DNA from: Raja brachyura
Lineage: Eukaryota
Direction of reading: 5' to 3'
Assembly: GCA_963514005.1 (NCBI GenBank)
Contig: OY740809.1
Span: 13,268,001 to 13,332,000, forward strand
DNA length: 64,000 bases
Shown: piece by piece, positions 12,721-25,400 of the stretch
How the letters are laid out: the number at the start of each line of letters is the position of its first letter
Numbering within the stretch: position 1 is the stretch's first letter
Program-made: the position numbers and the translations under genes
The notes under the pieces: model-generated
Databases searched by the model: none
Seen by the model: only the letters and a program-made list of their open reading frames with translations
Told to the model about the DNA's origin: nothing

Positions 12721-13799
12721 AGGGCTCTGGTGGGCCCTTTTTTGGGGTGCTGGGTATGGAAACAATTCACCCTACCCAATGGATCTGACTAAGTGTAATT
12801 GGAGCCTCAGTACTGGTGGCTTGGCCTGTGAAGGACACTGATGTTGTCTTGCTTTTCCTGCCAGTATATTTGAAACATTTAGCATACCACCGTTAGTGGC
12901 ATATCACCGGTGTTTCCTGGTTGTCTATAACTCAAAGGCATACAGTAGAGGAGCTACTGAAATGAAGTCCAAGAACTTTGTGCCAAGTTGAGGTCTTGAT
13001 TGTTGTACACAATTCCCAAGATAGACAAAGGCTGTGCAATTGCCCTGAAGGCAGTGGCTAAGCTCATCACCAACGCCAACCATCACTGTTTGAAGGTTCT
13101 CTTGACATGGGGAAGCAGCCTGTTTTCAAAGTTATCATTGCCTTTAACATCAGTGGGTGGGGTTTTATAGTTGAGGCAGGCTTGTAGTTGTTATAAGGCC
13201 CAATTCATTTAGCTCAACTGTGCTTCCTTAGAATACAAGGACGAACCGATGAACATCTTCATAAAAAATGACACATCCTATTAAAAGGTTGATAGTTCAA
13301 AAGCAACACTGAATAAGAACCACGAGGCACAAAAAGATAATGAGTTAAAGTGAATCAATGCATTTCCTTCACTGTTTAGCTATACCTCATATAAAGGGAG
13401 AGCGGCTGATGTATGGCTGATAGAATTCAGTGTGATGTGAAGCTTTAAGTGGGCTAACCTGAAAAGATGCCAGATTATAATTGTTTTGACTTTGTGAAAA
13501 AAAAAGGCAAAGAATCCTGGGCCAAGAATTTCAATTATGTAGCGCATGTTTCTTATATGCTGTGCACTTGAATTGTGGAGTAAAATCAATTGCTGAATGC
13601 TATCGGCAATATAAAACATTTATAGTGCACACTGAAACATTGCTTTTTGTGCTCGATGTAGTAATACATAAAAGGTGCTGAGAGTGCAGCAAGCCTGTCA
13701 ATCATTGTGCCACCCAGATTTAGTGTCACTTGTTGCTTTTAACTGGATCCATAGCAACCTAATAGTATGGGTCACAAGCCTAAAGCAGGCTCTTAGAGG

Positions 13800-14735
13800 G
13801 CAGCTTGTGGACTACCTATATAGAGGGAATCATCAGCATTGTTTTTGCATTGTCTCAGCACGAGATTTGATGCATTCAATTCAGATGCAACTTTGAACCA
13901 GATTTCTGGACGATATTCAGTGAGGCCTTCTCTATTTTGTGGGGATGTCACCGGATGGTGTGGTGTAGTGGGATTGGCAGACTGCTCTGGTTACGAGATC
14001 TTTGGCCAAGCTCCAGCTTACTGGCTATGCTGAGCACACAAGTTTTTGCTGAGCAGCACTTAAACCTCAGGGTTTCTGACCTGCACACATGAACTATCCT
14101 AATCCAACAAGACATTACCAATGTCCACTCTCAGAATGGGAGATTTGCTCTTGAAACTGCACAAGGTATATAGATGGAAAATAACTTGTGACGGAACAAC
14201 ATTATTCCAACATGGTGGGGTGGAGTACATGGCCTTGTCTGCATCAATGGTGCTGAGGTAGATTTGGTCAAGAGCTTCACGTTTTTGGGTGAAAATATCA
14301 CCAAAGATGTGTCCTGGCTCAACCACATTGGTGCTGTGGTCAAAAAAGCACCCCAACACTTCTACGTTCTCAGAAGGCTGAGGAGATTTGGCATCTCTGA
14401 TGACTCACTACCAACTTTTACACAAATACCATAGAAAGCATCCTATCAGAATGCATCACAGCTTGGTAAGGCGACTGATCGGCCCAAGACCACAACCATT
14501 TACAGAGAATTGTGAATGCTACCCAGTCCATCACACAAACCAGCCTCCCAGGATTGACTCCATCTACAATTCCCACTGCCTCGGGAAAGCTGCCAACATA
14601 CTCAAGAGCCTCGCCCACTTTGGTCACACTCTCCTCCCCTCTCCTAACAAGTAGAACGTACAAAGGTTTGAAATAACGTAGCAAACAACTCAAGAACAGA
14701 TTCCCTTACTTTTGTTATCAGACTCTTGAATGGTC
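13800..14735 (+). mobile_element. Rex1/Babar-type LINE RT C-terminal fragment
   Basis: gtcaaaaaagcaccccaacacttctacgttctcagaaggctgaggagatttggc...catagaaagcatcctatcagaatgcatcacagcttgg corresponds to KKAQQRLYFLRRLRKFG...IESILSGCITAW. Confidence 0.7.
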
Positions 14736-15004
14736 CCCTCACACACCAAGAAGAATTCTTGATCTTCCAACTTGCATCATTGTGCCTCTTTCATTCAGAA
14801 AGTTGTTAAAAGCTGTTGCATTGCTGAGTTTATTAGCTGGGGAATGTGGTAGCAGACCCTTATAAATTGCTAGCTTGCCCTCATTTATTTTTGATTGATA
14901 ATTCCTGGCACACTTTACGAAGGATGTCAAAACTTTGGAGAGACCATTGAGTTGATTTACTGGGAAGTTAATAGGGATTAAGGACCACTACCAGATGAAT
15001 TGAG

Positions 15005-15305
15005 CTTAGCTTAGAGATACAGCATGGAAACAGGTCCTTCGGCCCACTGAGTCTGTGTTGACTAGCAATCCCCGCACACTATTCTACACACTAGGGATGA
15101 TTTACAATTATACCAAGCCAATTAACCTACAAACCTGTATGTATTTGAAGTGTGGGAGGAAACCAGAGCTCCTGGAGAAAATCCACGCAGGTCACAGGGA
15201 GAACGTGCAAACTCCGTAGAGACAGCACCCGTAGACAGGGTTGAACCCAGGTCTTTGGCACCGTAACGCAGCAACTCTACTGCTGCGCCACCGTGCTGCT
15301 GCCCT
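15005..15305 (-). mobile_element. HE1-type V-SINE, near full length
   Basis: tRNA-like head (rc gcagcacggtggcgcagcagtagagttgctg), V-core ggagtttgcacgttctccctgtgacc, and a CR1-like tail gggccgaagg.cctgtttccatgctgtatctctaagctaagc. Confidence 0.85.
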
Positions 15306-15699
15306 GCTCCTCGAGGTTGGAGAAGTTTGGACAGATCCCTTTGGTGCATAAAAGGTTAAGAAGTGACCAACAGCAGTGCTCACGATGAAAGGTATGATTG
15401 AGATATATAACTCTTTGTGGCGAGTAGATTAATAACTGGACATAACTGGTCACTGGTAAAATATCCAGCGGGGTGATGAGGAGAAAATGTTTCATTTTAG
15501 AAAGTTGCCTGGAAGCTGATTCCAATAATACCTGATGATAAGGAACTTACAAGCTGATGGATGATACAGGGGTGTGGCATTACAGCTAAGTAGTCACCTT
15601 CAGTGTTATGTTTCTAATATGTACTAATTTCAGATTGCTCCTATTACAGGGAATGAATAACATCAGGCACACAGTAAGATTCACCAAATGGGGTGTCAT

Positions 15700-18600
15700 G
15701 CTGAGTACAGGAGATTTATTTTTGCTGGAAATTGGGAATTACAGGAGGCTTCACCAATTAAAGTGTGTTTTAATGAAATAACTCTTGATACTTTGTATGG
15801 GTTATTTTTCCTCATTTGCACTTTAGATGCATTAATAAAGACAATGCATAAAAGAAAACTGCTATTTTATAATCAGTTGTAACAAATATATTCAAGCTAA
15901 AATAACTTATCTTCGAAAAGACATAGATATTTCAAGTCAGAAAAATTATGGTAACAACATATTAATTGAGATTCATAGTCTAGCTCTCATCAGTGATGGG
16001 GTGGAACTGTCCACTTCCAGGTACCTGTGTATTGTCACTAAACCTTGTTTGGACCAATAAGCTAAAGAAAGTTAGGAAAAATTAATAGCATGGTCATGTA
16101 AATACATCTTTAAAAAAATAATTCAAGGGAAGACATAATGAGACAATGTTATGGAAATAAAACCTGTAGAAATTATTCTGAAGAAAAGGATAAAAGTTAG
16201 GAAGGACTCATTTTGAGGCATCCTAATTGATATTGTGAAAGAGCATCTCTGTTGCGTGGGTGTTGATTGGTGCCATTCAGAAACTGCAGCTGCTTTATAA
16301 AGTTTTGATTTGGAGCAAGGAGCAGTTCAACAGCAGAACATTTTATTTGTATATCTTGCGTAAACCTACATACCAAAGGAGCAGGTGAAACATACTTGAA
16401 ATGTATTCTTGGCAGTTCCAATAATTAGAATTTTTTTATTGATAGATGTGTTATACTGATGCTCTCCATAATTATTTCAGTTAGGTGCATAATTATTTCA
16501 ATTAACATGTGTGATGTTGCCTTCTCCGTGTGACTCTGAGATGAAGCAAACACACTCGGTACAGGGCAGATCTACCACAGCCTACCGCCAGCCTCTTCCA
16601 TGCTTGCAGGTAGTCGTGGGCTTTCTTCTCGTAAGGTCAACACACCAACCCAAGGCCGTTTGCTAACGTTCTGTGCTACTACCTGTTAATCCTGCAGTGA
16701 TTTCACTGAGAAGCTGATCTCTCCACGGAGCTCAGCATCCCAGCTGATTTTTCCCTCCGTGCCACTGGTTGGCCTTCACTTTGACCAGGCAGCACCAACC
16801 TAGACTGCAGGAAGGGTGGGAGGCAAATATTCAGTGCCTTAGCTGTCAAACAAATCCACTGCAGTTCCACATTGTCAGATTTTAAATACGACAAGTATGG
16901 CTTTTGGAACAATTAAGGTGCAATATATTGTCTGGGATTGAGCTAGAGGTTGGTCTTCATTTTCATACTTTACAACACACATGATTACAGCTTGGTCTAG
17001 TCTGCTAAGGAAACCAGCCGCTATCTGGAATAAAGATGCTGAAAACAAAAAGGTAAGGATATTGATCACTGGAGGATTAAAGATGGCATAATTCCAGGAA
17101 TAAATTCAGAAATATTGAAATACTCAATGGGTAACTTTGTTCGAAGGTTAGCGTGCGTGTACACCGAATATCAAATGTACCTGGTTCCCAAACTATATTC
17201 TATTTCCTTGGTTTACATCTCTATCGTATTGTTCCTGAGACTGATCCTGAGCGTCAAGGTTTCCAATCTCCTTCCCAGTTTCTCTTTACAGTCTCGACCC
17301 TAGGCATTGGGCTCCCGATGCTTACCCTGTGTGGGATCCTGCTTTAGATATAGTTCCAGTCATCCAGAACCCTCTGTGCATATTTTTATGTATAAGCATT
17401 TTGCTCCATGGGCTCGGCATTAGTGGAGGTTCCAGCCAGTGGCTCAAAATCCTGGCAGGGGTCTGAGCTATTGATTTACCAGAAACAGTGAGAGCATTAC
17501 CAACTATGAGATTTGACTGTGTGAATTTAATTAACAAAATGCCATGCAATTTAATCAGACCATTGAAGAGACAGCCATTTGCAGAGCAGGAATGGGAGTC
17601 TGTCTGTCCGCAGGTCCTAGTGTGAAATTGTTGGATAACAAACTCCAAATCCTTTACAGATTGGGGACGGGGTCTCACTCAATGCCAAGGCAAGACAGAG
17701 GCGTGGCAGGCCATTTATGTCTGGAATGACCCAATATGTACACATCATCTCCATGGGTGTGTGTGCGCATGTGTGAGTACGATGTAAACAATAAGAAAAA
17801 CTGACTTCATTATCTCTGAACACAAATATCATGCCCTGACTTTTATGTTCTCCCATGAGGTTTCACGTGCGTTTTTTAAAATTTAAAGAGTTTGTGCAGG
17901 AGGAAAGTCTGCATTTATAAAAAGCAGATGGGATTTCTGATTGTGTTCACCATCCTTGATTGAGGAAATTAGATGACATATTGTGATAACGTATGTCAAT
18001 AATTGCAGTACATGTTCCTGAGAAAAAAGAAAACAAAAACTGATGCCAAAAATATAAAATGCAAACAGAAAATGCTAAAACTACTCAGCAGGTCAGGCAG
18101 CATCTATTGAGAGGGGAGAAATAATACTTCAGGTTGTTGAAAACTGATCTGCTGAGAAATTACTGCATTTCCTGTTCCTGAGAAGCACTCCTTCGCTGGT
18201 GCTCATTTTACCAAAATGCCCAGCCAATAAACCCCATGATATTCCGTATCTCGACCCTAAAAATAACGATCTCTGCTGCCTCCAGTGTAAAACCGGGACA
18301 GCTCCCCCTCCTGGTCAGCTCCCGAGATTTAGTGACTGCCATATCCTGATTCTTATTCCCATTCACTACTTGGTGATTGGTATGTGAAAGATTACATTAT
18401 TATATCCTAAACAGTTTCTTTTTGTATCTACAATTTATGTCTCCAATGCAAAGTTGTAGAGGTTAATGTTGAGAAACTCTGTTCTCCCATTAAAGGCCGA
18501 AGTAGGTGTGAATCTGATTTTAAAAATGGCACCACAGTGCCATTGAAACTATGTTGTGCCCTCTGCTTGCGTCTAGTGAGGTTTTGTTGCGTCAGAGGCT

Positions 18601-19231
18601 CACACGGTTACCTCATAGGTCCATTTTTGTGGAGGTTGGATGCAAGAGTAGTACTGTGGTCACAGATGGACACTGAACACGGAGAGGAGACAGAGGAAAG
18701 GCCACCAAAGAGCAGCCATTGCAAAAATCCAGTTCATAAGTCACAGCCTATGGAAAAGAGGAGAATTACTGAAAAGCTGCGACTTACAAATCAGGTATAA
18801 AAGTTGACATAATTGCTTCATGATTGTCTTTTTCTACATAAAATAGGGAGACAAAATGGTCAATCTCAAATGAACATTAATTTTAGTTTAGATTTTTTGC
18901 CAACTAGTTTTCTAAATGCCTGAATCCTTTTAGTTTCAGTCTTGGGTTGCACAGACATACATCAAAAGGAACAAAGTCTTGTGTATGTAGATCTGAGACA
19001 GTTTCGCAGATTTATGTGTCTTGCATTCTCGCTCATCAGCCGCAGTGAGAAAGTTGAGAGTAAGAACAGAGCGTTGGTGAATTCCGCTTTTCTGACTGGT
19101 AGATGATGACCGTTCACATCAATTGAAAGAGATTCAGGAACTCAACACAAAATGAATCCTTCGCAATGCATCAGTGTGAAAATATATTTTCCAAGTCTGC
19201 TGTTTATGGTTTGTTTACCTCTGAATCCACA
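15700..19231 (-). other. ADGRB2: Probable long 3' UTR of ADGRB2 (3' end uncertain)
   Basis: Directly downstream of the stop codon and nearly free of recognisable repeats compared with the flanks. Minus-strand AATAAA candidates occur near 16435, 16342 and 15715. Confidence 0.4.
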
Positions 19232-19396
19232 TTAAACTTCAGTTTGAAAGTCTCCTTCTGTATCCATTGAGATTGTGGCAGATGCCTCCCAGTCTGGTGA
19301 ATGCAATTCTACATTTTCCTGGGCGTCTGAACGAAGTGTGATGGTTGGCGTGGTCTTGAGGTTCTCCCAAGATGGCTCTGCAGTGGTAGCTTTCTC
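19232..19396 (-). CDS. ADGRB2: ADGRB2 terminal coding exon ending in the PDZ-binding motif (EKATTAEPSW...DTEGDFQTEV*)
   Basis: Acceptor acattctatccacag|GAGAAAGCT, TAA stop at 19232-19234. C-terminal GDFQTEV is typical of BAI2/BAI3. Confidence 0.94.
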   Translation of the reverse strand, partial: EKATTAEPSWENLKTTPTITLRSDAQENVELHSPDWEASATISMDTEGDFQTEV

Positions 19397-19687
19397 CTGT
19401 GGATAGAATGTTACTATCTTAGTCTCCATTGGTACATTTTACAGTGATGCTATTATTACTGAAAGTTTGTCCAATGCTAACCAGCAATATTGTTACAATT
19501 CATTTGTCACCACTCCTTGCTCATAGGTAATGAGGTAAACTGCATCACTTCCTCATACCTTCCTAGCTGAGTCCAAGTGAACCTACTGGTTGGGATGGAT
19601 TTTTTGATCACTATTGGCCAGTAGTTGCCACTTCATACTCACCTCGTCTTCTGCTGATTGGCTAATCTGGTATTGTAATATATTATT

Positions 19688-19965
19688 AGAAACAAGGAAC
19701 TGCAGATGCAGGCTTACACAAAAACACACATAGTGCAGGAGTAACTCAGTGGGTCTGGCAGCATCACTGGAGAACATGGACAGGTGACATTTTGGGTTGA
19801 GACCATTCTTCAGGCTGTTTGTAGGATGGGGAAGAAGGGGCTGCAGAAGAAAACTGGATGAAAAGAGGGGCAGGACAAAGTCTGGCAAGGCTGATACAGA
19901 TGAGGAGGGTTTTTAATAGGCAGATGTTTGGACAAAGAGCAGAGATAAAAAGGCAGGTGATCAGG
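19688..19965 (-). mobile_element. Penelope terminal-repeat fragment
   Basis: gaaacaaggaactgcagatgc...gagtaactcagtgggtc...gacattttt gggttgagaccattcttcag followed by a purine-rich tract. Confidence 0.8.
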
Positions 19966-20142
19966 AGCAATTACTGAGGTCCACCATTTTCTGTGGTCCA
20001 GTATAAACAAGCCCACCGCTGTTCTATTATGTTCTTATGACATTTCATTTTTAATCGACTCAACGTCAATTTTTTGCAAATTAGTTTGGGAAATCTTTTC
20101 CTTATATTAATTCCTTTAGACTATTTAAGGCACAACTTAAAC

Positions 20143-20272
20143 TCTGAAGAAGGGTCTCAACCCGAAACGTCACCCATTCCTTCTCTCCAGAGATGTTGCG
20201 TGACCCGCTGAGTTACTCCAGCTGTTTGGGTCTATCTTCAGTTTAAACCAGCATCTGCAGTTCCTTCTTGCA
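20143..20272 (+). mobile_element. 130-bp solo Penelope terminal repeat with intact minimal hammerhead core and flanking direct repeat
   Basis: CTGAAGA-AGGGT-CTCA-ACCC-GAAACGTC at 20144-20171. It is flanked by cacaacttaaac (20131-20142) and cacaatttaaac (20273-20284). Confidence 0.8.
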
Positions 20273-20424
20273 CACAATTTAAACCGTATACCTTTCCTTT
20301 TTATTAAAGAAAATCCCAATCAGCTGGTCCATCTAATTTCCCAGTAACCTCTACCTTCGTTCACATCTAAATCTAAAGTTCTTCTTGTTCCTCCATTTCT
20401 CACTCATTTCTTCCCCATTATATG

Positions 20425-20830
20425 AAGAGCGCAGAAGGTTAAGGGGGGACTTGATTGAGGTCTTTAAAATGATGAAAGGGATAGACAGAGTTGACGTGGA
20501 TAAGCTTTTCCCATTGAGGGTAGGGAAGATTCAAACAAGAGGGCATGACATGAGAATATGAGAATTAAGGGACAGAAGTTTCGGGGTAACATGAGGGGGA
20601 ACTTCTTTACTCAGAGTGGTGGCTGTGTGGAATGAGGTTGCAGCAGAAGTGGTGGAGGCAGGATCGATTTTAACATTTAAAAGTAAAGTGGATAGGTATA
20701 TGGACGGGAAGGGATTGTAGGGGCATGGTCTGAGTGCAGGTAGATGGCACAAGGGGAACATAAATGTTCGGCACGGACAGGAAGGGCCGAGAGGGCCTGT
20801 TTCCGTGCTGTAATTGTTATATGGTTATAT
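20425..20830 (+). mobile_element. CR1-type LINE 3' end
   Basis: cgcagaaggttaaggggggacttgattgagg (RRLRGDLIE), ctgtgtggaatgag, and tail gggcctgtttccgtgctgtaattgttatatggttatat. Confidence 0.85.
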
Positions 20831-20942
20831 CAGCAGCTCCTATTCCTTTCTGGATGTGACTGTGCAGAAAAATATGAATTCAAGTGAGCTGGTGCCCATA
20901 ATGGCCCACACTGTGGTTGGACAGACAACATGTTATACTTAC

Positions 20943-20996
20943 AACTGGCGTGCTCTTTTCAGCTCCCGCTGATGAAATGCTCCACCGTTTCTCCCG
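20943..20996 (-). CDS. ADGRB2: ADGRB2 54-nt exon (REKRWSISSAGAEKSTPV)
   Basis: tttttccactgtag|CGGGAGAAACGGTGG...CCAGTT|gtaagt. It is phase 0-0 and homologous to BAI2 REKRWSVSSGG. Confidence 0.9.
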
Positions 20997-21439
20997 CTAC
21001 AGTGGAAAAATGAAAATATAAAGATATCTATTTTTACAATGAATCCAAAATGCCAAAAAGCCATGAGAGCTGTATACTTTAGCATTATCGTTCTATTTTT
21101 TTTAATTTTCTAGCAGTGCCTAGAGAACAGATATTCAATTGGGATGGGCAGCACAGCCAAGACCACTGGATGCCTGTGAAAAACGGTGATCAGGAGATGA
21201 GGGTTCGACATCCCTGCTGCCACTTTTCTCAAGGAATCTGTGACATGAAAGTGAAAAGGTAATTCCATTTGGGAGAATTGTTAATAACAAGAAGTAATCT
21301 GGATGTCAGAGCTACCTCATTCCTGTTGTAAATAAGAAAACACTTTTTATACAATCATTGCCAGAAATATGGACATTATCGTGCTTTAGATACTGTTGAA
21401 GCGTGATAATGATTCTGAAATTAAATAATTAATCATCAC

Positions 21440-21544
21440 CTTAAATGCTGAGAGTTCAGGGTCTCGGCACCTGTCCAATGTGTGGAACTTCTGGTTTAAT
21501 TCATTGTAGAGTTCGGAGTGACGTTTCCTTGTGTGCATGACTTT
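21440..21544 (-). CDS. ADGRB2: ADGRB2 exon with the RKR motif ([35 protein letters not shown])
   Basis: cattctggttcacag|AAAGTCATGCAC...TTTAAG|gtgatg. The exon is 105 nt, phase 0-0, and is near-identical to BAI2 [25 protein letters not shown]. Confidence 0.95.
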
Positions 21545-24500
21545 CTGTGAACCAGAATGTTAACGGTAAATTAAAACTAAGGCTGTCATTCATTGAATCT
21601 TAATGAGAGCTCTGTTTTTACCTTTGGACGTGATGACAAAAGGTCATCGGTGCTGGAGTAATTTTCATTGAATTTACTGGACTGGAAATCCATGAAGTCA
21701 AATTAATGTCAAATTTATACCCTGCCCAAAATCACATCTTCAATGGAGAATAAAATTAGGCAAGATTAAAAAAATGGCATTGCAACCAATCTTGCCAGTT
21801 TCGTGATGGGTTAACACTGCCCTAGTCAGATGGAGTCATAGAGAGATACAGCACAGAAACAGTCCCTTCAGCCCATCGAGTCTGCACCCACCCTTTTGCA
21901 CTGTGCCTTTCTCCTCATCATTCTTAGAGGGTGACTTGCACTCACAAACTAGGGGAACAGAGAATTAAAAAAAGTATGTAAGAATAATATGTAACTGCCT
22001 GAACGAAAGAATGGAAACTTCACAACACAACATTTTATGACATCCATAATCACTCTTATGCAACAGTGAAGCATCATTCTCCATTTAGTAATGTGTGGTG
22101 GAATCCCAATAGGTTGAGTGGAGGTAGAAACAGGTTCCTCAATTCACTGCCCAGACACTCCTGATGATGAGGCTTGTTGTAGAGTCAAGAGGGGACTTGC
22201 CGCAAGTTGTCCATCGGAATTTGGACAAACTTTGCTAAATGACATGAAGCATTATGGTGGGCACAGGTGTCAGTGGCAATGGGTGAGAATTTGGGCACAG
22301 TAGGCTTTGATATCCCTTATTTTCTATCACACTTCTCGTGGAACAGCTGCAATGAATTAAAAGCATTGTGCTGATGAGAAGCTGGTTACCTGGCAGTGAG
22401 GCACTAGTAAGGTTAATGCTATAAAAATGTATTTTACTTTAATTTAATTTAGTTTTGACATACAGCGTGGAAAAGGCTCTTTGGCCTACTGAGTCGGTGC
22501 CAACCAGCTGTCACCCATACATTAGTTCTTTCCTACACTCTAGGGAAAATTTACAGTAACCAATTAACCTGCAAACATGCATGCCTTTGGAATATGGGAG
22601 GAAACCAGAGCACCCGGAGAAATGTATCAATCATCGTTATTTATTCCCCAAACTAAAATAACTATGTATTAATGTTTGCAGCTGTGAAAATGAAACCATA
22701 TAATGTGCTGTATGTCTTAGGGATGGCAACCTGCATAGAGATGTGCAATTATCTGTTGCCTGTGTTATTGGAGGTGGCAGCTCAGTTCATTTACACTGTG
22801 CTAATGCCAAACTAAATGGCAGCAGTCTAATAAAATGTTTGCACTTTTAATGAATAATAAGCTGACCCTGTGTCACTGTAGTAAAGTAATAATTTAGCTG
22901 TGTTATGAGGTTCCATTGTTCAGAACTTCCCTCTCATCTGGAGATAAGGGTGTATTGCAGAGATGTAACTGATAATACAGCCATTAATGTTAATAAATGG
23001 TGCCGCACATCTATTGCTTGGTCAGCCCAAGGAACTTTGCTACCTCATTGATTTTCTTCATATTTAAAACGATTATTACTTCCTGACACATTCTCCTGAT
23101 AGCCCATCCGTGACGGATAATGGAATGTACGAGAAATGGAAAACTGAAGGCTTCTTTGTATGGAGGCAATGAGATAATGGACCAGCTACATTTATAAAAT
23201 GGTATAAATGTAGTCTGCCTAGTTTTGAGTGTTAATGTAGAATTAAAGACGAGGGAAAAAAATGGCACAATATGTATACAAAGGTGGAAGTCCTTTAGCA
23301 GAGTAACAGAGTCAAACTGCAACTGTAGAACATAGAACAGTACAGCGTGGGAACAGACCTTTCAGCCAATTATGGCCATTCCAAACATGATGTCAAGTTA
23401 AACGTGTCTCCACTACCTGCATATCCCTTCTTTCCTGGCAAATCTATGCACCAATTTAAAAGCTTCTTAAATACTAGTTGAATCTAAACATTAAACAGGA
23501 GCTGATAAGAATGATAATGGACAATAATTAACAAAAATACGGCATTTAAATACACATATTCTCCAGGGAAAATCGTAATGCATTTGGGCTCATGGAGGTT
23601 CACTTGGGTTGAATAATCAGCCAAAATGAAGTAGAGGCAACTTGGATTACCCTTTAGGCTTACAAAAAGGATTCTGCAGAACTTACCTTCAGCAGATTAA
23701 TTGAATAAATTATATGACCTAGATCAAACATTTTCTTCGGCCTTCCATTCTTATGTCTGAACACAATCTGTACACAGAGAGCTTTTACATTAAATGATTC
23801 TGCATTACTGAATCATTGCCTCGACTTCGTTCAACTCTCAGGTCAAAAATGTAAACAGATCCAGACCAGAGTGCAGGACAGCATTTTACAACTTGAAAAT
23901 TGGATCAATTGGTACGAGTTTATATACGTGATGCTTAAAAGCTGCATGACACAGGTGAGATTGAGCAAGCGATCATTCCTAGCTGAAATCACAGCCATCA
24001 GGAAGTCGGCTGAGACAGTCCTTTTCACAATTCACAAATGTGAGTCCCATTTGTACTGGAACAGGTTGTGTACAGTACGTCTCGATTCTCGCCCACACAG
24101 ATTGGATCTTCCAGATCAAACTATTATTTTTATTGATGACTCACAATTAGGTGTACATCGTATTTACATAATTTTGATTTACAGTAACACTGCTGATAAG
24201 AGGAGATCTGACAGGGGTCATTCAGAACTGATTGCAGACTCCTTCCAAAGTTCATAGGATGCGTGTAAATTAGAAGGTGTGTTTTTCTCCAGAATTCAGC
24301 TGCTGAGATATTTATTCCATTAGGTGCCCCTGAGGGGTCACAGGGAAGGGGAGGTCAATGACATTGGGGCAGAAGATAGGCCCATCTATGAAGAGTCTAC
24401 CTTCACGCAGTATTGGAAGACCAGCCACATCCTCTCAGTGATAGGGGTATTGGGTCACAGAGTGATATAGCACAGGCTCTTTGTCTCAACTCGACCATGC

Positions 24501-25084
24501 TGAACAAGATGCCCAAAGTAAGCTAGTTCCACGTGCAAGCCTTTGATCCATATCACTCAGAATGCACCCACCAAGTATATTTCAAATGTTGTTATAGTAC
24601 CTGCCTCAACTACCTCCTCTGGCAGCTCAATACAACCCAACACCCTCCGAATGAGCTATAAATCTCTCTCCTCCCACCTTAAATGCACGACTTCTAGTTC
24701 TTGATTTTCCATATCCTGGGAAAGACACACTATATTCACCCTATTTCCCCTCAATAAGCTAATTCTGTAATCAGTTAGCCAGGTATCCCTGGACCCCATG
24801 CAATATAACCTTTCAGAGCAGCTTACCATCCAGAAGCTGATAAAAGGCGTTGCAGAAGTTCATGTAGACTATGTAAATGGCCCTGCCATCATCATCCCTC
24901 TTAGTTACTTCTCAATGCAATGCATGGAAATGGCTTCATTTAGGAAATGGGAATCAGAGAGGGATGATGGTAGGATGTTTTTGGTTCGGGACCATATATT
25001 TTTCTCTGACTTTCCCAGTTTCTGACATCAATTCCCAGTGCAAGCACACTGCTGAGCACTATAATTGTTAAGTCATTGGACTCT

Positions 25085-25400
25085 AGGAATTCTGGAGTTT
25101 TGATCAATTCATATTCCACCATAACAGCTGAAGAATTTAAATTCAAGTAATTTAAGGAATTCTGAATTAAAGATTATTTCAATAATGGGGATCATGAAAC
25201 TCCTAGGTTGTTGTAAAAATCCACCTAGCTTACTTCTACACTTCAGAGAGGAGATCTGCCATCCTTACTTGGTCTCTCATATCTGCGACTAGACCTCATA
25301 ATCTCATTGACTATTAATTGCCTCCTCAACTCAGAAACAATTTAGGATGGATAATAAATTCTCCCATTTCCAACAATGACATCCGACCCGTGAAGAACCG
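25085..25400 (+). mobile_element. Degenerate elasmobranch SINE whose tail resembles the L2-like LINE 3' end
   Basis: Motifs gttgtaaaaatccacct, gatctgccatccttacttggtct and ttaggatggataataaat. The tail resembles the antisense segment at 43100-43200. Confidence 0.5.

Noticed and set aside
23871-24257. 128-aa plus-strand ORF with a nearby CAG|gtgaga donor
   Set aside because: Non-ATG start, no recognisable homology, antisense within an ADGRB2 intron, and a length within chance expectation.
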